Position numbers and translations under genes: made by a program
Shown: positions 1 to 9,400 of the stretch, one piece after another
Layout: every line of letters begins with the position of its first letter
How positions within the stretch are numbered: the stretch's first letter is position 1
IMG/VR virus record: IMGVR_UViG_3300025769_000077
Location: 34,406 to 98,405 of that record
Source of the DNA: a virus
DNA: 64,000 nucleotides
Direction: 5' to 3' (one strand)
Notes under the pieces: model-generated
Databases searched by the model: none
What the model was told of the DNA's origin: nothing
The model's input: only the letters and a program-made list of their open reading frames with translations

Positions 1-16
1 TGATTATGAAATCACA

Positions 17-298
17 ATGCAATCATTAAATGATAACATTGAAGATGCAAAACAAGCATTGGATAATGCTTACGTAGACATTAAGATTGAAGAGTTGGAA
101 ACAAACATCTCTCAAAAAAGATACATGGAAACCTACTTAAGAAACATTAAGGATAAGGAACAACGTGTAGAGTCTTTGGAACAAGAAAAGAAAGACACAA
201 TTGAAGCTTTTGAAAAAAGTGTAGGAGAATTTAGAAAGTCTATTTCTACTATCGAAAGTAGACTTGATAAGATTTTAGCTGAAGAATCAGCTGAATAG
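17..298 (+). CDS. hypothetical coiled-coil protein
   Basis: 93-aa E/K-rich heptad-like ORF followed by a terminator hairpin; may start further upstream. Confidence 0.6.
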   Translation: MQSLNDNIEDAKQALDNAYVDIKIEELETNISQKRYMETYLRNIKDKEQRVESLEQEKKDTIEAFEKSVGEFRKSISTIESRLDKILAEESAE

Positions 299-319
299 GT
301 TGCAATTTTAATATTCATT

Positions 320-347
320 AAAGGAGTGGGGAAACTCACTCCTTTTT
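320..347 (+). terminator. intrinsic terminator
   Basis: AAAGGAGTGGG-GAAA-CTCACTCCTTTTT hairpin with U-tract after a stop codon. Confidence 0.8.
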
Positions 348-359
348 AATTTTAATATT

Positions 360-485
360 ATGGATGAAGTTTATATAGATTCGTATAAAAAGGCTATGCA
401 ATACTGGAGAATAAGGGAAAAAGCATATTTCAATAGAATATTGAAAACAGGAGATACTAAAGAAAATGAATATTATGAAAAATGA
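360..485 (+). CDS. small hypothetical protein (41 aa)
   Basis: manual translation MDEVYIDSYKKAMQYWRIREK...; fills the intergenic gap. Confidence 0.45.
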   Translation: MDEVYIDSYKKAMQYWRIREKAYFNRILKTGDTKENEYYEK

Positions 486-825
486 AATAATAAGTTTTGA
501 AACAGCTAAGTTAGCTAAAGAGAAAGGTGTAAATTTTACATCCGATGGAAAAGTTTATAATGATATAGGATTATTATGTGATAATGGATTTCATAATTTA
601 GATGAAATAGATATTGAATATGATATTCCTGCACCAACTCAAAGTCTATTACAACGTTGGTTAAGAGAAGTTCATAATATATTTTTAACAGTAGAATATA
701 GTTTATCAAATGATAATTGGTTTTATTATTTATACAAACAAGAATTTAATAAATATATTCATTTTAAAATATATGAAAAAGCTCTCGAAGCTGGATTATT
801 AGAAGCATTGAAACTAATAAAGTAA
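466..825 (+). CDS. conserved hypothetical Bacteroidota phage protein
   Basis: motifs ISFETAKLAKEKG, APTQSLLQRWLREVHNI, YEKALEAGLLEALKLI recognisable from Bacteroidota phage proteins. Confidence 0.7.
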   Translation: MNIMKNEIISFETAKLAKEKGVNFTSDGKVYNDIGLLCDNGFHNLDEIDIEYDIPAPTQSLLQRWLREVHNIFLTVEYSLSNDNWFYYLYKQEFNKYIHFKIYEKALEAGLLEALKLIK

Positions 826-830
826 AAACA

Positions 831-910
831 TACCGTAATGTGGAAGTGAGACCCTCATGAAGTCTTTGCGAGAATTCGCCACTGCTGTTCGATTCAGTAA
901 TACGGTACTA
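831..910 (+). tRNA. atypical tRNA-like element (CAT anticodon loop, long variable arm, no D-stem)
   Basis: 7-bp acceptor TACCGTA/TACGGTA; T-arm TGCTG-TTCGATT-CAGTA; anticodon arm AGAC(C)-CTCATGA-(A)GTCT; variable hairpin GCGA-GAAT-TCGC; only ~11 nt where the D-arm should be. Confidence 0.5.
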
Positions 911-1016
911 GACCAACCACACTTGGTACGTAAAGAAATGCCTGCAATAAAGCCGGTGGCACGAAATAGGATTGGTCTCCTATGGGTTCCGGTTCGTACA
1001 ATGAGTGTGGTTTTTT
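911..1016 (+). ncRNA. candidate structured non-coding RNA
   Basis: GC-rich island with closing stem AACCACACT/AGTGTGGTT, inner stems GTACG/CGTAC, TGCC/GGCA, ATAGGA/TCCTAT, and a trailing U-tract. Confidence 0.45.
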
Positions 1017-1033
1017 AATTAAAAACATTGAAA

Positions 1034-1195
1034 ATGAAAAGATTATTAAATGATTTTAAATTTGGATTTAAAAATCCTGATGAAGTTGTACAAGAAATTG
1101 AAGAAATGTACAAAAAACAGCACTCAGTGTATTTTGTATGTGGTTCGCTATGTACAATAATTATTATGTTAATTGTTAACTTTTTAATAAAATAG
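1034..1195 (+). CDS. small membrane protein (53 aa)
   Basis: manual translation; C-terminal hydrophobic segment VYFVCGSLCTIIIMLIVNFLI; abuts next ATG. Confidence 0.5.
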   Translation: MKRLLNDFKFGFKNPDEVVQEIEEMYKKQHSVYFVCGSLCTIIIMLIVNFLIK

Positions 1196-1196
1196 T

Positions 1197-2036
1197 ATGG
1201 AAATACGACAAGGACAAAAACATGTTATTTATGATAACAAAGAGTCTAAATTATTGCAAATTCCTATTGGAGCAGAATTAAGAAATGGTTTATCTTCAGG
1301 TTTTTATCAATTAAAAAAAATACCTACTATGATGGGTACTAAAGTACAATTAATTGACCATGAACCTAGAATACCAACTTCATCTATCTTAGTAGCACAA
1401 GAGATAGTTGATTTTAATTATTTAGATGAGTTATTTTCTAACTTATCTAAGAAACTACATGAAAACCTTAACTTGAATAGAAAAGTTGGTTATTTATTAC
1501 ATGGTAAACAAGGTAGTGGTAAAACTACTACAATGTATGCTATGGCTAAAAAACTAGTCGATTCTTATGATTGTTGTGTTTTCACTGTAGAAGAAAAAGA
1601 AGATTTTCATTTTTTAATTGATATGATACTTGAGTTTAGAGAAGTTAAAGACTTTAAAGCTGTTATTATATTAGATGAATGTGAAAATGAACTTAATAAT
1701 TACGAGAGTTATTTTAAATCTCTATTAGATGGTACAGATTCATTAAATGACTGTGTGTTTTTAATGTCTACTAATTATATTGATAATATTCCTAATACTA
1801 TAAAAAATAGACCTTCAAGGTTTAAGTATGTACTAAATATAGATGGTATAGAAGAAGAAAGTGTAATTTATGAAATTATGAAACACATGAATGACTCTCT
1901 TGATGAAAATGTTAGATTAGGTGATGAAAGTATAAGAAGTTATGTAAATGATCTTAAAGGTTCTACTTTGGATGAAATAAAAACTAAATTTATGGAAATT
2001 GCATTTTTTGAAAATAACTTAATACAAATGGTATGA
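1197..2036 (+). CDS. AAA+ ATPase (BCS1-like)
   Basis: Walker A GKQGSGKT, Walker B IILDE, sensor STNY, arginine finger NRPSRF. Confidence 0.85.
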   Translation: MEIRQGQKHVIYDNKESKLLQIPIGAELRNGLSSGFYQLKKIPTMMGTKVQLIDHEPRIPTSSILVAQEIVDFNYLDELFSNLSKKLHENLNLNRKVGYLLHGKQGSGKTTTMYAMAKKLVDSYDCCVFTVEEKEDFHFLIDMILEFREVKDFKAVIILDECENELNNYESYFKSLLDGTDSLNDCVFLMSTNYIDNIPNTIKNRPSRFKYVLNIDGIEEESVIYEIMKHMNDSLDENVRLGDESIRSYVNDLKGSTLDEIKTKFMEIAFFENNLIQMV

Positions 2037-2635
2037 AAATTTACTATAAAAAAGATTACAATGATCATTTTCTTTTAGTAATACATAAACTACCTGATGA
2101 AATTAAAAACAATTTTAATCTTTCTAGTTTAATTTTTAAATGTTATTCTAATTATTTTTTTCAAACAAAATACAATTTTAATGATTATAGTTTATTAGAA
2201 AAAAATCAAACTGAAGAAATTGTTAATAAAATATTTAATGGTAAAGATATTTCTTATAAAGATAATTTTTTTCAAATAGGAGATATGAAATTAGCACGTA
2301 ATGCACTTTTATATTCTTATACTCTTACTTATTCTCAAGTAATAACTAAAAGAATTGAAAAATCTTGTATTATAAGATATAAATCTCCATTATTCAAACA
2401 TCGTTCTATTAATTTAAATACTTACGCAGTTGTCCCTCGTTCTTTTGTTTTATTTAACACAGAAATAATTGGTTCACCTAAAGTAATTAAAAATCATGGA
2501 ATTGAATATTATCTTATAGATAATAATTATACTTCATTAAAAGGACATATATTAAAATTTGCTGAAGTTGATATTAATGAGGTACAATATGAAAATTTTA
2601 GTCCTGATGATATAGTTGATAAATTATATGTATGA
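2033..2635 (+). CDS. hypothetical protein
   Basis: 200-aa ORF with ATGA overlap to the ATPase. Confidence 0.55.
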   Translation: MKIYYKKDYNDHFLLVIHKLPDEIKNNFNLSSLIFKCYSNYFFQTKYNFNDYSLLEKNQTEEIVNKIFNGKDISYKDNFFQIGDMKLARNALLYSYTLTYSQVITKRIEKSCIIRYKSPLFKHRSINLNTYAVVPRSFVLFNTEIIGSPKVIKNHGIEYYLIDNNYTSLKGHILKFAEVDINEVQYENFSPDDIVDKLYV

Positions 2636-2918
2636 TAAAATCAAATTATTTGACATTGCACAAACTAAGGATTTAGTAAAAAAAACTACTAAAATTAAGA
2701 AAAAACCTAAGTTTGTGACTATTGAAAGAACTGAAGAAGAAATAAAAGAAAGGTTTATAAGATTTCTAAAAAATAAAAATAAACAATTTTTATTTAGTAG
2801 TCACTACAATGATTCCAATAGTAAATTATGGAATACCTTTTTAAACTATAACAAAAAATGGTTTAGTTATAAACTAAAAAGGGTTCCCACTCAACAAGTT
2901 TTCTATAATTTTAAATAA
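2616..2918 (+). CDS. hypothetical basic protein
   Basis: 100-aa ORF in operon context. Confidence 0.5.
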   Translation: MINYMYDKIKLFDIAQTKDLVKKTTKIKKKPKFVTIERTEEEIKERFIRFLKNKNKQFLFSSHYNDSNSKLWNTFLNYNKKWFSYKLKRVPTQQVFYNFK

Positions 2919-2926
2919 CTTTAAAA

Positions 2927-3550
2927 ATGGATTTATTAAATTCAGGCACTGCATTTGTAAGAAAGTGGTGGGTAAACGAAAACAGTTCTAAAAACCAGTG
3001 TGGTGTACAATTTGTACAAAAAGTATCTAAACCTGTAGAAGGAGCTTCTTTATTAGTAGCTTTAGCTCAAGGTAATGAAAATGCTGATAGTACAATTCCT
3101 ACTGCTGTAATGTCTTTCAGTAAAGATGTTGTAGTTCAACACTTAGGTAGTGAATCTGGTACTTTCTTAGATGAGAATGACAAACTTAAAGACAATGCTA
3201 TGACAGCAAAAGCTTTATTTTCTGCTATGCTCGGAAAAGAAATTCCAGAAGTAAACATTCAAATAGAAGAAAATTTCTCTTCTGTTACAGACAATGATGG
3301 AAATATTGTTAGAGATAGTGATAACAATCCTATCGGTAGAAAACAAAATCCATCTACTAATCAAACGGTTCGAGCATTCGATGAGAATGGTGAACTTAAA
3401 GATGTTTACAGACACACTACTATGGTAGCTGGTCCTGTTGAAAACATATTTGTAAAATCTGCTACTAGAGCTGAGATCAATGCTTATGAACGTCAAGGTT
3501 CACAAGTAGAAGAATCAACTTTAGTTGGTGCAGATGAACATGGTGTTTAA
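2927..3550 (+). CDS. hypothetical protein
   Basis: 207-aa ORF with strongly biased codon usage, followed by a terminator. Confidence 0.7.
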   Translation: MDLLNSGTAFVRKWWVNENSSKNQCGVQFVQKVSKPVEGASLLVALAQGNENADSTIPTAVMSFSKDVVVQHLGSESGTFLDENDKLKDNAMTAKALFSAMLGKEIPEVNIQIEENFSSVTDNDGNIVRDSDNNPIGRKQNPSTNQTVRAFDENGELKDVYRHTTMVAGPVENIFVKSATRAEINAYERQGSQVEESTLVGADEHGV

Positions 3551-3554
3551 TTTT

Positions 3555-3580
3555 AAGGGAGTGTAACAACTCCCTTTTTT
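3555..3580 (+). terminator. intrinsic terminator
   Basis: AAGGGAGT-GTAACA-ACTCCCTT plus T-tract. Confidence 0.8.
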
Positions 3581-3609
3581 CTAATTTTGTTTAATTTAAA
3601 TTATTAATA

Positions 3610-3936
3610 ATGTCACAGTACTCTGAAAGGTATGTTGCGTTGCATACAAAAAAAGACGCTGCTGCAATTGCACGTCAAAACGCAGAAATCGCATTAGATG
3701 AGATCGAATTAGCTATCTCTAATGCACAGTATCAAGCTAAACAAGCTGAAAGAACTTTGAAAAATTCTGAAAAGAACAGAGATCTTTCTTTGTTAGATGA
3801 GAAATTTTCTTCTAGCACAATTTCTAATTATCTAAGTTTAGATAGTGAAGTGGTTGATGCTCAAGCTGATCTTGAAAATGCAAATGCTGTAATTGAAAAA
3901 CTTACAGCATTGAAAACTATGTTTACTGAAGAGTAA
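3610..3936 (+). CDS. hypothetical coiled-coil protein
   Basis: 108-aa A/E/K-rich helical ORF flanked by terminators. Confidence 0.7.
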   Translation: MSQYSERYVALHTKKDAAAIARQNAEIALDEIELAISNAQYQAKQAERTLKNSEKNRDLSLLDEKFSSSTISNYLSLDSEVVDAQADLENANAVIEKLTALKTMFTEE

Positions 3937-3945
3937 ACCAAAACA

Positions 3946-3976
3946 GAAGGGGAGAGATTAAACTCTCCCTTTCTTT
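3946..3976 (+). terminator. intrinsic terminator / hairpin immediately upstream of DNA polymerase
   Basis: AAGGGGAGAG-ATTAAA-CTCTCCCTTT. Confidence 0.7.
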
Positions 3977-3979
3977 ACT

Positions 3980-5827
3980 ATGAATTATATTTACGATTTA
4001 GAACAGTTTAAAAACTTTAACTTAGGATTGTTTAAAAACGGTAATAACTATATAAGTTTTATCATACATGAAAGTAAAAACCAAATAAAAGAATATCTAA
4101 CATTTTTAAATGAATGTAGATTAAAAAATATAGGTATGATAGGATTCAATAACTTAGCTTATGATTATCCTTTATTACATTTTATGTTAGAAAATGAAAA
4201 AAAACTTAGAAATTTATCAGCTAACGAAATAAACAAACTACTTTATGAAAAATCTCAATCAATAATTGAGCAAGATAATTCTTCTATATGGAATCCTAAG
4301 ATTCCTCAGCTTGACTTATACAAAATAAGTCACTTTGATAATGCTGCTAGAAGAACATCTTTAAAACATTTACAAGTAGCTATGAATTGGCATAATGTAC
4401 AAGATTTACCTCTTGAACCATATGCTATGATTGATGAATCTCAGATAAACGATATTGTTTATTACTGTAAAAATGATGTTGATAGTACAGAAGCTTACTA
4501 TGAACATTGTAAAAAATCTATTGACTTAAGAAAAGAATTAAGGAAAGATTATGTCATTGGATTAAATTACAATGATGTGAAAATAGGAGAAGAAATATTA
4601 CTTCAAGAGTGTGCTAAGGACATGAAAATTGAGTTGAAAGAACTTAAGAAGCTTAGAACACATAGAAGTTTTATTGAAGTAAAGGAAATAATATTCCCTT
4701 ACGTTAAGTTTAAAACAAAAGAATTTCAAAAACTTCATGAATTTTTTAATGATAAAGTTATCAATGCAGATAGTTCTTTATCTTATTCTTTATATCATGA
4801 AGGTGTTACTTATGATTTTGGTCAAGGTGGTGTACATGGAACTTGTGGTTCCGGAGTATGGAAAAACACTAAGACTAAAAAGTTAATTAATGTCGATGTA
4901 AAATCTTACTACCCTAATCTTGCAATTAGAAATAACTTTCATCCTGAGCATTTAGGAATGACTTATTGTAAGGTTTATGAGTCCATATATGACCGTAGAC
5001 AGCTTGCAAAGCGTGAAGGTAATAAAAGTATCGACAAAGCTCTTAAGTTGAGCTTAAACGGCTCCTATGGTAAATCTAATGATAAGTATAGTGCATTGTA
5101 TGATCCACTTTATACAATGAAAACTACTATCAATGGACAATTGCTTTTAGCAATGTTAGCTGAAGATATCAGTATAGCAGGAATTGAGATAATTCAAATC
5201 AATACAGATGGTATTTTAGTCTATGTTGATACTGATAAAATAGGATTGTTAAGGGAACTTAATGAAAATTGGATGAATCTAACTGGTTTAGAGTTAGAAG
5301 AAGACCATTTTGAAATGATAGCACAAAGGGATGTAAATAACTACTTAGCTCAATTTCAAGATGGTTCTATCAAAGGAAAAGGTGCATATGAAATAGACAG
5401 GGATTGGCATAAAGATCATTCTATGAAGGTTGTAAGAAAAGCAGTTGCTGCTTATTTTACAGAAAAAACTAAAGTAGAAGACTTTATTAAGAATCATATA
5501 AATTTATCTGAGAATGCTATATATGATTTTTGTTTATCTAAGAGAATAGGTAAACAATTTAAACCTTTAATTAGGTCACTTAATTTAGAAACAAATACAA
5601 TAGAAGAAGATATACTTACTAAGACAACTAGACTTTACATTTCAAATTCAGGCGGAACATTTATTAAACAAAAAGCAGGTAAAGATCAACGATTATTTGT
5701 TGGTTTTAAAGTAACTAAGTTTAACAAATTTGAACCTGGACCATATGATATTAACTATAAATTCTACATAGAAGAAGCTTATAAGTTAATTAACCCACTA
5801 ATACTTCAACAAACTAAATTATTTTAA
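3980..5827 (+). CDS. polB: DNA polymerase family B (crAss-type)
   Basis: exonuclease motifs YDLE, GFNNLAYD, YCKNDV; polymerase motifs DVKSYYPN, KLSLNGSYGK, NTDG. Confidence 0.92.
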   Translation: MNYIYDLEQFKNFNLGLFKNGNNYISFIIHESKNQIKEYLTFLNECRLKNIGMIGFNNLAYDYPLLHFMLENEKKLRNLSANEINKLLYEKSQSIIEQDNSSIWNPKIPQLDLYKISHFDNAARRTSLKHLQVAMNWHNVQDLPLEPYAMIDESQINDIVYYCKNDVDSTEAYYEHCKKSIDLRKELRKDYVIGLNYNDVKIGEEILLQECAKDMKIELKELKKLRTHRSFIEVKEIIFPYVKFKTKEFQKLHEFFNDKVINADSSLSYSLYHEGVTYDFGQGGVHGTCGSGVWKNTKTKKLINVDVKSYYPNLAIRNNFHPEHLGMTYCKVYESIYDRRQLAKREGNKSIDKALKLSLNGSYGKSNDKYSALYDPLYTMKTTINGQLLLAMLAEDISIAGIEIIQINTDGILVYVDTDKIGLLRELNENWMNLTGLELEEDHFEMIAQRDVNNYLAQFQDGSIKGKGAYEIDRDWHKDHSMKVVRKAVAAYFTEKTKVEDFIKNHINLSENAIYDFCLSKRIGKQFKPLIRSLNLETNTIEEDILTKTTRLYISNSGGTFIKQKAGKDQRLFVGFKVTKFNKFEPGPYDINYKFYIEEAYKLINPLILQQTKLF

Positions 5828-5828
5828 A

Positions 5829-6011
5829 ATGGAAGACTTTTTATTAGTAGAAAAACTACTTAAATTTGAAAAACCTGATGATTCAGTTTTAACTGAAGAA
5901 CAGTATGTAGAATTACAAGAAGAATATGAACAACTTAGAAAGATTCATATTGACGAAATTCCACTTATTTACAATTTAAGAGAAGAATATGAAGAATTAG
6001 CAACATGTTAG
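5829..6011 (+). CDS. small acidic hypothetical protein
   Basis: 60-aa ORF packed between polymerase and helicase. Confidence 0.55.
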   Translation: MEDFLLVEKLLKFEKPDDSVLTEEQYVELQEEYEQLRKIHIDEIPLIYNLREEYEELATC

Positions 6012-6014
6012 ACA

Positions 6015-7025
6015 ATGAAAGATAGAATCCAAGGAAGAGCTGTAGAGTTAAGTAAAACATATAACAATATGTTACTTATGTGGGCTACCGGTACAGGTAA
6101 ATCCAGAGCAGCTTTAAAAATAGCAGAAGAACACGGTGGTAAATGGTACATAGTAGTAGCAGAAACTACACACATAAACAACTGGAAAAGAGAAATTAAA
6201 GATGCAGGAATAACACTAGATTGTGAAATATTCTGTTATCAAAGTTTACATAAGTATACTGATAAAGCAAATCTCATTCTAGATGAATGTCATCATGTTA
6301 CTGACTTACGTATGAAAACTATACGTGAGATAGCTGACAAGAAGATAGTTGGTTTAAGTGCTACTGTACCTCAAGAGAAACTTGAATTACTACAAGGATT
6401 TAGAAAATTTAAAGAGATCTTTATTCCTTTATCTACTGCTATAAAACTTGGATTGGTTCCAAAACCTGATATTAGGATTGTAAGGTATCATTTAACAGAT
6501 ATACAAAAGAAAGTGCTACGTAAGTTTGAACTAAAAATAGATGAATCTGTAGTCAATAAAGATGATTTATCAGCTAAGATTCATGGAAATAAACGTAAGA
6601 CATTTTTTGCTAATGTTAAATTACCGGTACTAAAAAGGATTATTAAAAAGAATAGAAATAAAAGAATGATATGTTTTACTGGATCTGTTGATCAATGTAA
6701 AGAAGTAGGTGGTAAATATATCATTTATTCTAGACTTAAAAAAGAAAGAATTAAGCAAGTAATAGAAAACTTTAATAAACAAACGAGTGATAAACTATTT
6801 TCTGTAAAGATGTTAAGAGAAGGTGTAAACCTCACTAACATTGAAATAGGAGTTATTACTCAACTTGATAAAAAAGAACTATCATTTATTCAAATGTTAG
6901 GTAGAACATTACGTGCTGAGTTTCCTTTATTGATAATTATAGTAGTGGCAGATACAAAGGATGAAGACACACTCAAACGTGTAATAAGAGGACTAAATGA
7001 GTATACAACAACTTACGATTTCTGA
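6015..7025 (+). CDS. superfamily II helicase (DExH)
   Basis: ATGTGKS, LDECH, LSAT, REGVN, QMLGRTLR motifs. Confidence 0.9.
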   Translation: MKDRIQGRAVELSKTYNNMLLMWATGTGKSRAALKIAEEHGGKWYIVVAETTHINNWKREIKDAGITLDCEIFCYQSLHKYTDKANLILDECHHVTDLRMKTIREIADKKIVGLSATVPQEKLELLQGFRKFKEIFIPLSTAIKLGLVPKPDIRIVRYHLTDIQKKVLRKFELKIDESVVNKDDLSAKIHGNKRKTFFANVKLPVLKRIIKKNRNKRMICFTGSVDQCKEVGGKYIIYSRLKKERIKQVIENFNKQTSDKLFSVKMLREGVNLTNIEIGVITQLDKKELSFIQMLGRTLRAEFPLLIIIVVADTKDEDTLKRVIRGLNEYTTTYDF

Positions 7026-7170
7026 TGCATTACAGTTAATAGCATTAGGAATACTTCTTATACTTTTTTTCACTTTTATAAAAAAAGAAAATGAAGCTCA
7101 AGAAAAACATTTTAAAAAGTGGGACGAAAGAAACAAGAAATGTAATGAAGAAAACCAAGAACATAGCTAA
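6997..7170 (+). CDS. small membrane protein (57 aa)
   Basis: manual translation; TM segment ALQLIALGILLILFFTFI. Confidence 0.45.
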   Translation: MSIQQLTISDALQLIALGILLILFFTFIKKENEAQEKHFKKWDERNKKCNEENQEHS

Positions 7171-7241
7171 ACCTATTTATGTAGAATACTATGATTCTTA
7201 TGATAAAGCAGTACATTTAGCTGCTTTAAACCAATTAGATT

Positions 7242-7742
7242 ATGACGGAGATATTAGAGATTTGTAAAAAATTTAATTTAACTGTTAATGAATATGCGTT
7301 TATTTACTTAAAATTTTATGGCTTTGATATACTTAATTTAGCTGATGTAGGTGACCTTGTAGAAAAAGGTTATGCTTTTAATGATAACACTATCAATATA
7401 AAAACAGCTAAAAAGATATTAGGTGTAGGAGATATCAACTTTTGGGAGTTTTATAACATATTTCCAAGTAAAGTAGACAGAGGAACACGTATTCTTAGAG
7501 CAGTTAATCCTGATTCTAAGATAGCAGATAAGCATAGAAGGAAATATTTATCTAAAGTAAAAAGTTTAAATGAACACAATAAAGCTTGTAGTCAAGCTAA
7601 GATATTTGTCAGTAGACAAATGAAAAAAGATGGTGGTTTATATATACCTACTTTAGATAGAATTCTTAACAATGCTGAATGGGAATCTTGGGATTTTAAA
7701 GAAGAAACTGGTGGACTAGCTTCTAAAATTAAAATGAAGTAA
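7242..7742 (+). CDS. putative replication initiator / helicase loader
   Basis: FWEFYNIFPSKV...RILR motif; directly upstream of DnaB as in crAss-like phages. Confidence 0.6.
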   Translation: MTEILEICKKFNLTVNEYAFIYLKFYGFDILNLADVGDLVEKGYAFNDNTINIKTAKKILGVGDINFWEFYNIFPSKVDRGTRILRAVNPDSKIADKHRRKYLSKVKSLNEHNKACSQAKIFVSRQMKKDGGLYIPTLDRILNNAEWESWDFKEETGGLASKIKMK

Positions 7743-8665
7743 TGGCTCAGAGAATAAAAAGTTACTACGAAGCGCAACTTGAAGAGAAGGAAATATTAGA
7801 AAAAATAAGAAGTGGTGAAATTAAACCACTTAGAACTTCTCTTACTAAATTTAACAATGCAACATTTGACGGTATGATAGCTGGTCATATATGGGGTATA
7901 GTTGGTATGTCAGGTGCAGGTAAAACTAGAATAATGTCTCAGTTAATAGATGAGTTTATCAACTTACCTATTAACAGAAGTGAAGCTGTAGAAGTATTGA
8001 ATTTTAATTACGAAATGCAAGCTAGACGACTAGTACTATTAGATATAGCTAGAGAATTAGGTAAAACAACTAGAGAGATATATGGTTTAGGAGATGTAGA
8101 AAGACTATCAGATGAAGAATTTGATAATCTTATGTCTCGTATGGCTATAGATCACAATGTTAAAGTTTATTTTGTAGATGATCCAGGTAACTCAACAGTA
8201 ATGAGAGAAACTATAGACGAGTTTATGTCAACTAGGCGGAATTCTCGCACAGTTCTAACTCTCGATCATACAGCTCTTACACCTTTTGGTGGACTGAGTG
8301 AGAAAGATGGTATACAAGATATAATGAAAATGTTTAATCAATCTAAGAAAGTTTACCCTAATTCAAGTTATATCATACTGTCTCAGATGAATAGAGATAT
8401 AGAATCTAAAGAAAGGATTCTAGATCCTCAACTACATTATCCTAAGAAAGGTGATATATACGGTTCTGATGCATTGTATCAGTTCTCAGATATGATTGTA
8501 GTTATTCATAGACCTGAGATACTTATGATTGAAAATTACGGACCTAACGGTGTAAATACCGAAGGTAAAGTTTTCTTGCACTTTATAAAAGCAAGAGATG
8601 GAGATAGAGAAATAGCAATATTAGAGAACTCTTTATCTACAGGAAAATTAGTACAAACGATCTAA
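7742..8665 (+). CDS. dnaB: DnaB-like replicative helicase
   Basis: GMSGAGKT, NYEM, LDH, LSQMNR, GSDALYQFSD, KARDG. Confidence 0.9.
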   Translation: MAQRIKSYYEAQLEEKEILEKIRSGEIKPLRTSLTKFNNATFDGMIAGHIWGIVGMSGAGKTRIMSQLIDEFINLPINRSEAVEVLNFNYEMQARRLVLLDIARELGKTTREIYGLGDVERLSDEEFDNLMSRMAIDHNVKVYFVDDPGNSTVMRETIDEFMSTRRNSRTVLTLDHTALTPFGGLSEKDGIQDIMKMFNQSKKVYPNSSYIILSQMNRDIESKERILDPQLHYPKKGDIYGSDALYQFSDMIVVIHRPEILMIENYGPNGVNTEGKVFLHFIKARDGDREIAILENSLSTGKLVQTI

Positions 8666-8667
8666 TT

Positions 8668-8682
8668 TTCGTATCTTTACAA
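8668..8682 (+). promoter_or_regulatory. Bacteroidota-type -7 promoter-like element
   Basis: TTCGTATCTTTAC, one mismatch from TAnnTTTG, 10 nt before the ATG at 8690. Confidence 0.45.
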
Positions 8683-8689
8683 AGAAGTA

Positions 8690-9376
8690 ATGGCAAATAA
8701 AATCTTAATTTTAGCTGAGTCTGGAAGCGGAAAGACTTACGCTCAGCGTACACTAGACCCGAAATCTACATTTTATATCAATGCTGATCAAAAATCTCTT
8801 TCATTTAAGGGATGGAGAAAGAATTATGTACAAGTAGATAAACCGGATGGGAAGTTGGATTTAGCAAAATCTAACTTATACTCAACTAAGAACCCTCAAA
8901 CTGTTCAAGCAGTACTGAAAGCAATAAGTGACACTAGACCTGAAATAAAGGTTGGAGTAGTGGATACCTTATCTTTATTAATGGTTCATAGTTTTATGAG
9001 TAAAGCTAAACAGACAGGCTATGGTAAGTTTACTGACATGGCTCTGGATGTTTATAATCTTATAGACTCAATAGATGGTCTTAGAGATGACTTAACTGTA
9101 GTATTTACAGCTCATATTGAAAAGAATGATCAAGGTGATGTTGATATTGCTATTCCAGGTGGTAAACTATTAAAAGACAAAGCTAAAATAGCTGCAATGT
9201 TTACAATAGTTCTTGGAATGGAAGTGCAATATAATAAAGAAGATAACAAATACTTCTTTAAAACAATGACCGAAGGTTCAGATGTTTATAAGTCACCATT
9301 TGGAATGTTTCCAAGTAGACTTATAGATAATGATATGAAGAAAGTAATTGAATATATACAGAAATATGAGTCATAA
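8690..9376 (+). CDS. Sak4-like / AAA_24 phage ATPase (recombinase)
   Basis: AESGSGKT, VVDT, TAH, KSPFGMF; precedes SSB. Confidence 0.85.
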   Translation: MANKILILAESGSGKTYAQRTLDPKSTFYINADQKSLSFKGWRKNYVQVDKPDGKLDLAKSNLYSTKNPQTVQAVLKAISDTRPEIKVGVVDTLSLLMVHSFMSKAKQTGYGKFTDMALDVYNLIDSIDGLRDDLTVVFTAHIEKNDQGDVDIAIPGGKLLKDKAKIAAMFTIVLGMEVQYNKEDNKYFFKTMTEGSDVYKSPFGMFPSRLIDNDMKKVIEYIQKYES

Positions 9377-9400
9377 TTTTTTAAAATATAATTCTAAATA

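Noticed and set aside
911-1010. HDV-like theta ribozyme downstream of the tRNA-like element
   Set aside because: A possible P1 (GACCAA/TTGGTC) exists, but I could not find the short P3/L3 or the catalytic J4/2 arrangement; kept only as an unassigned RNA
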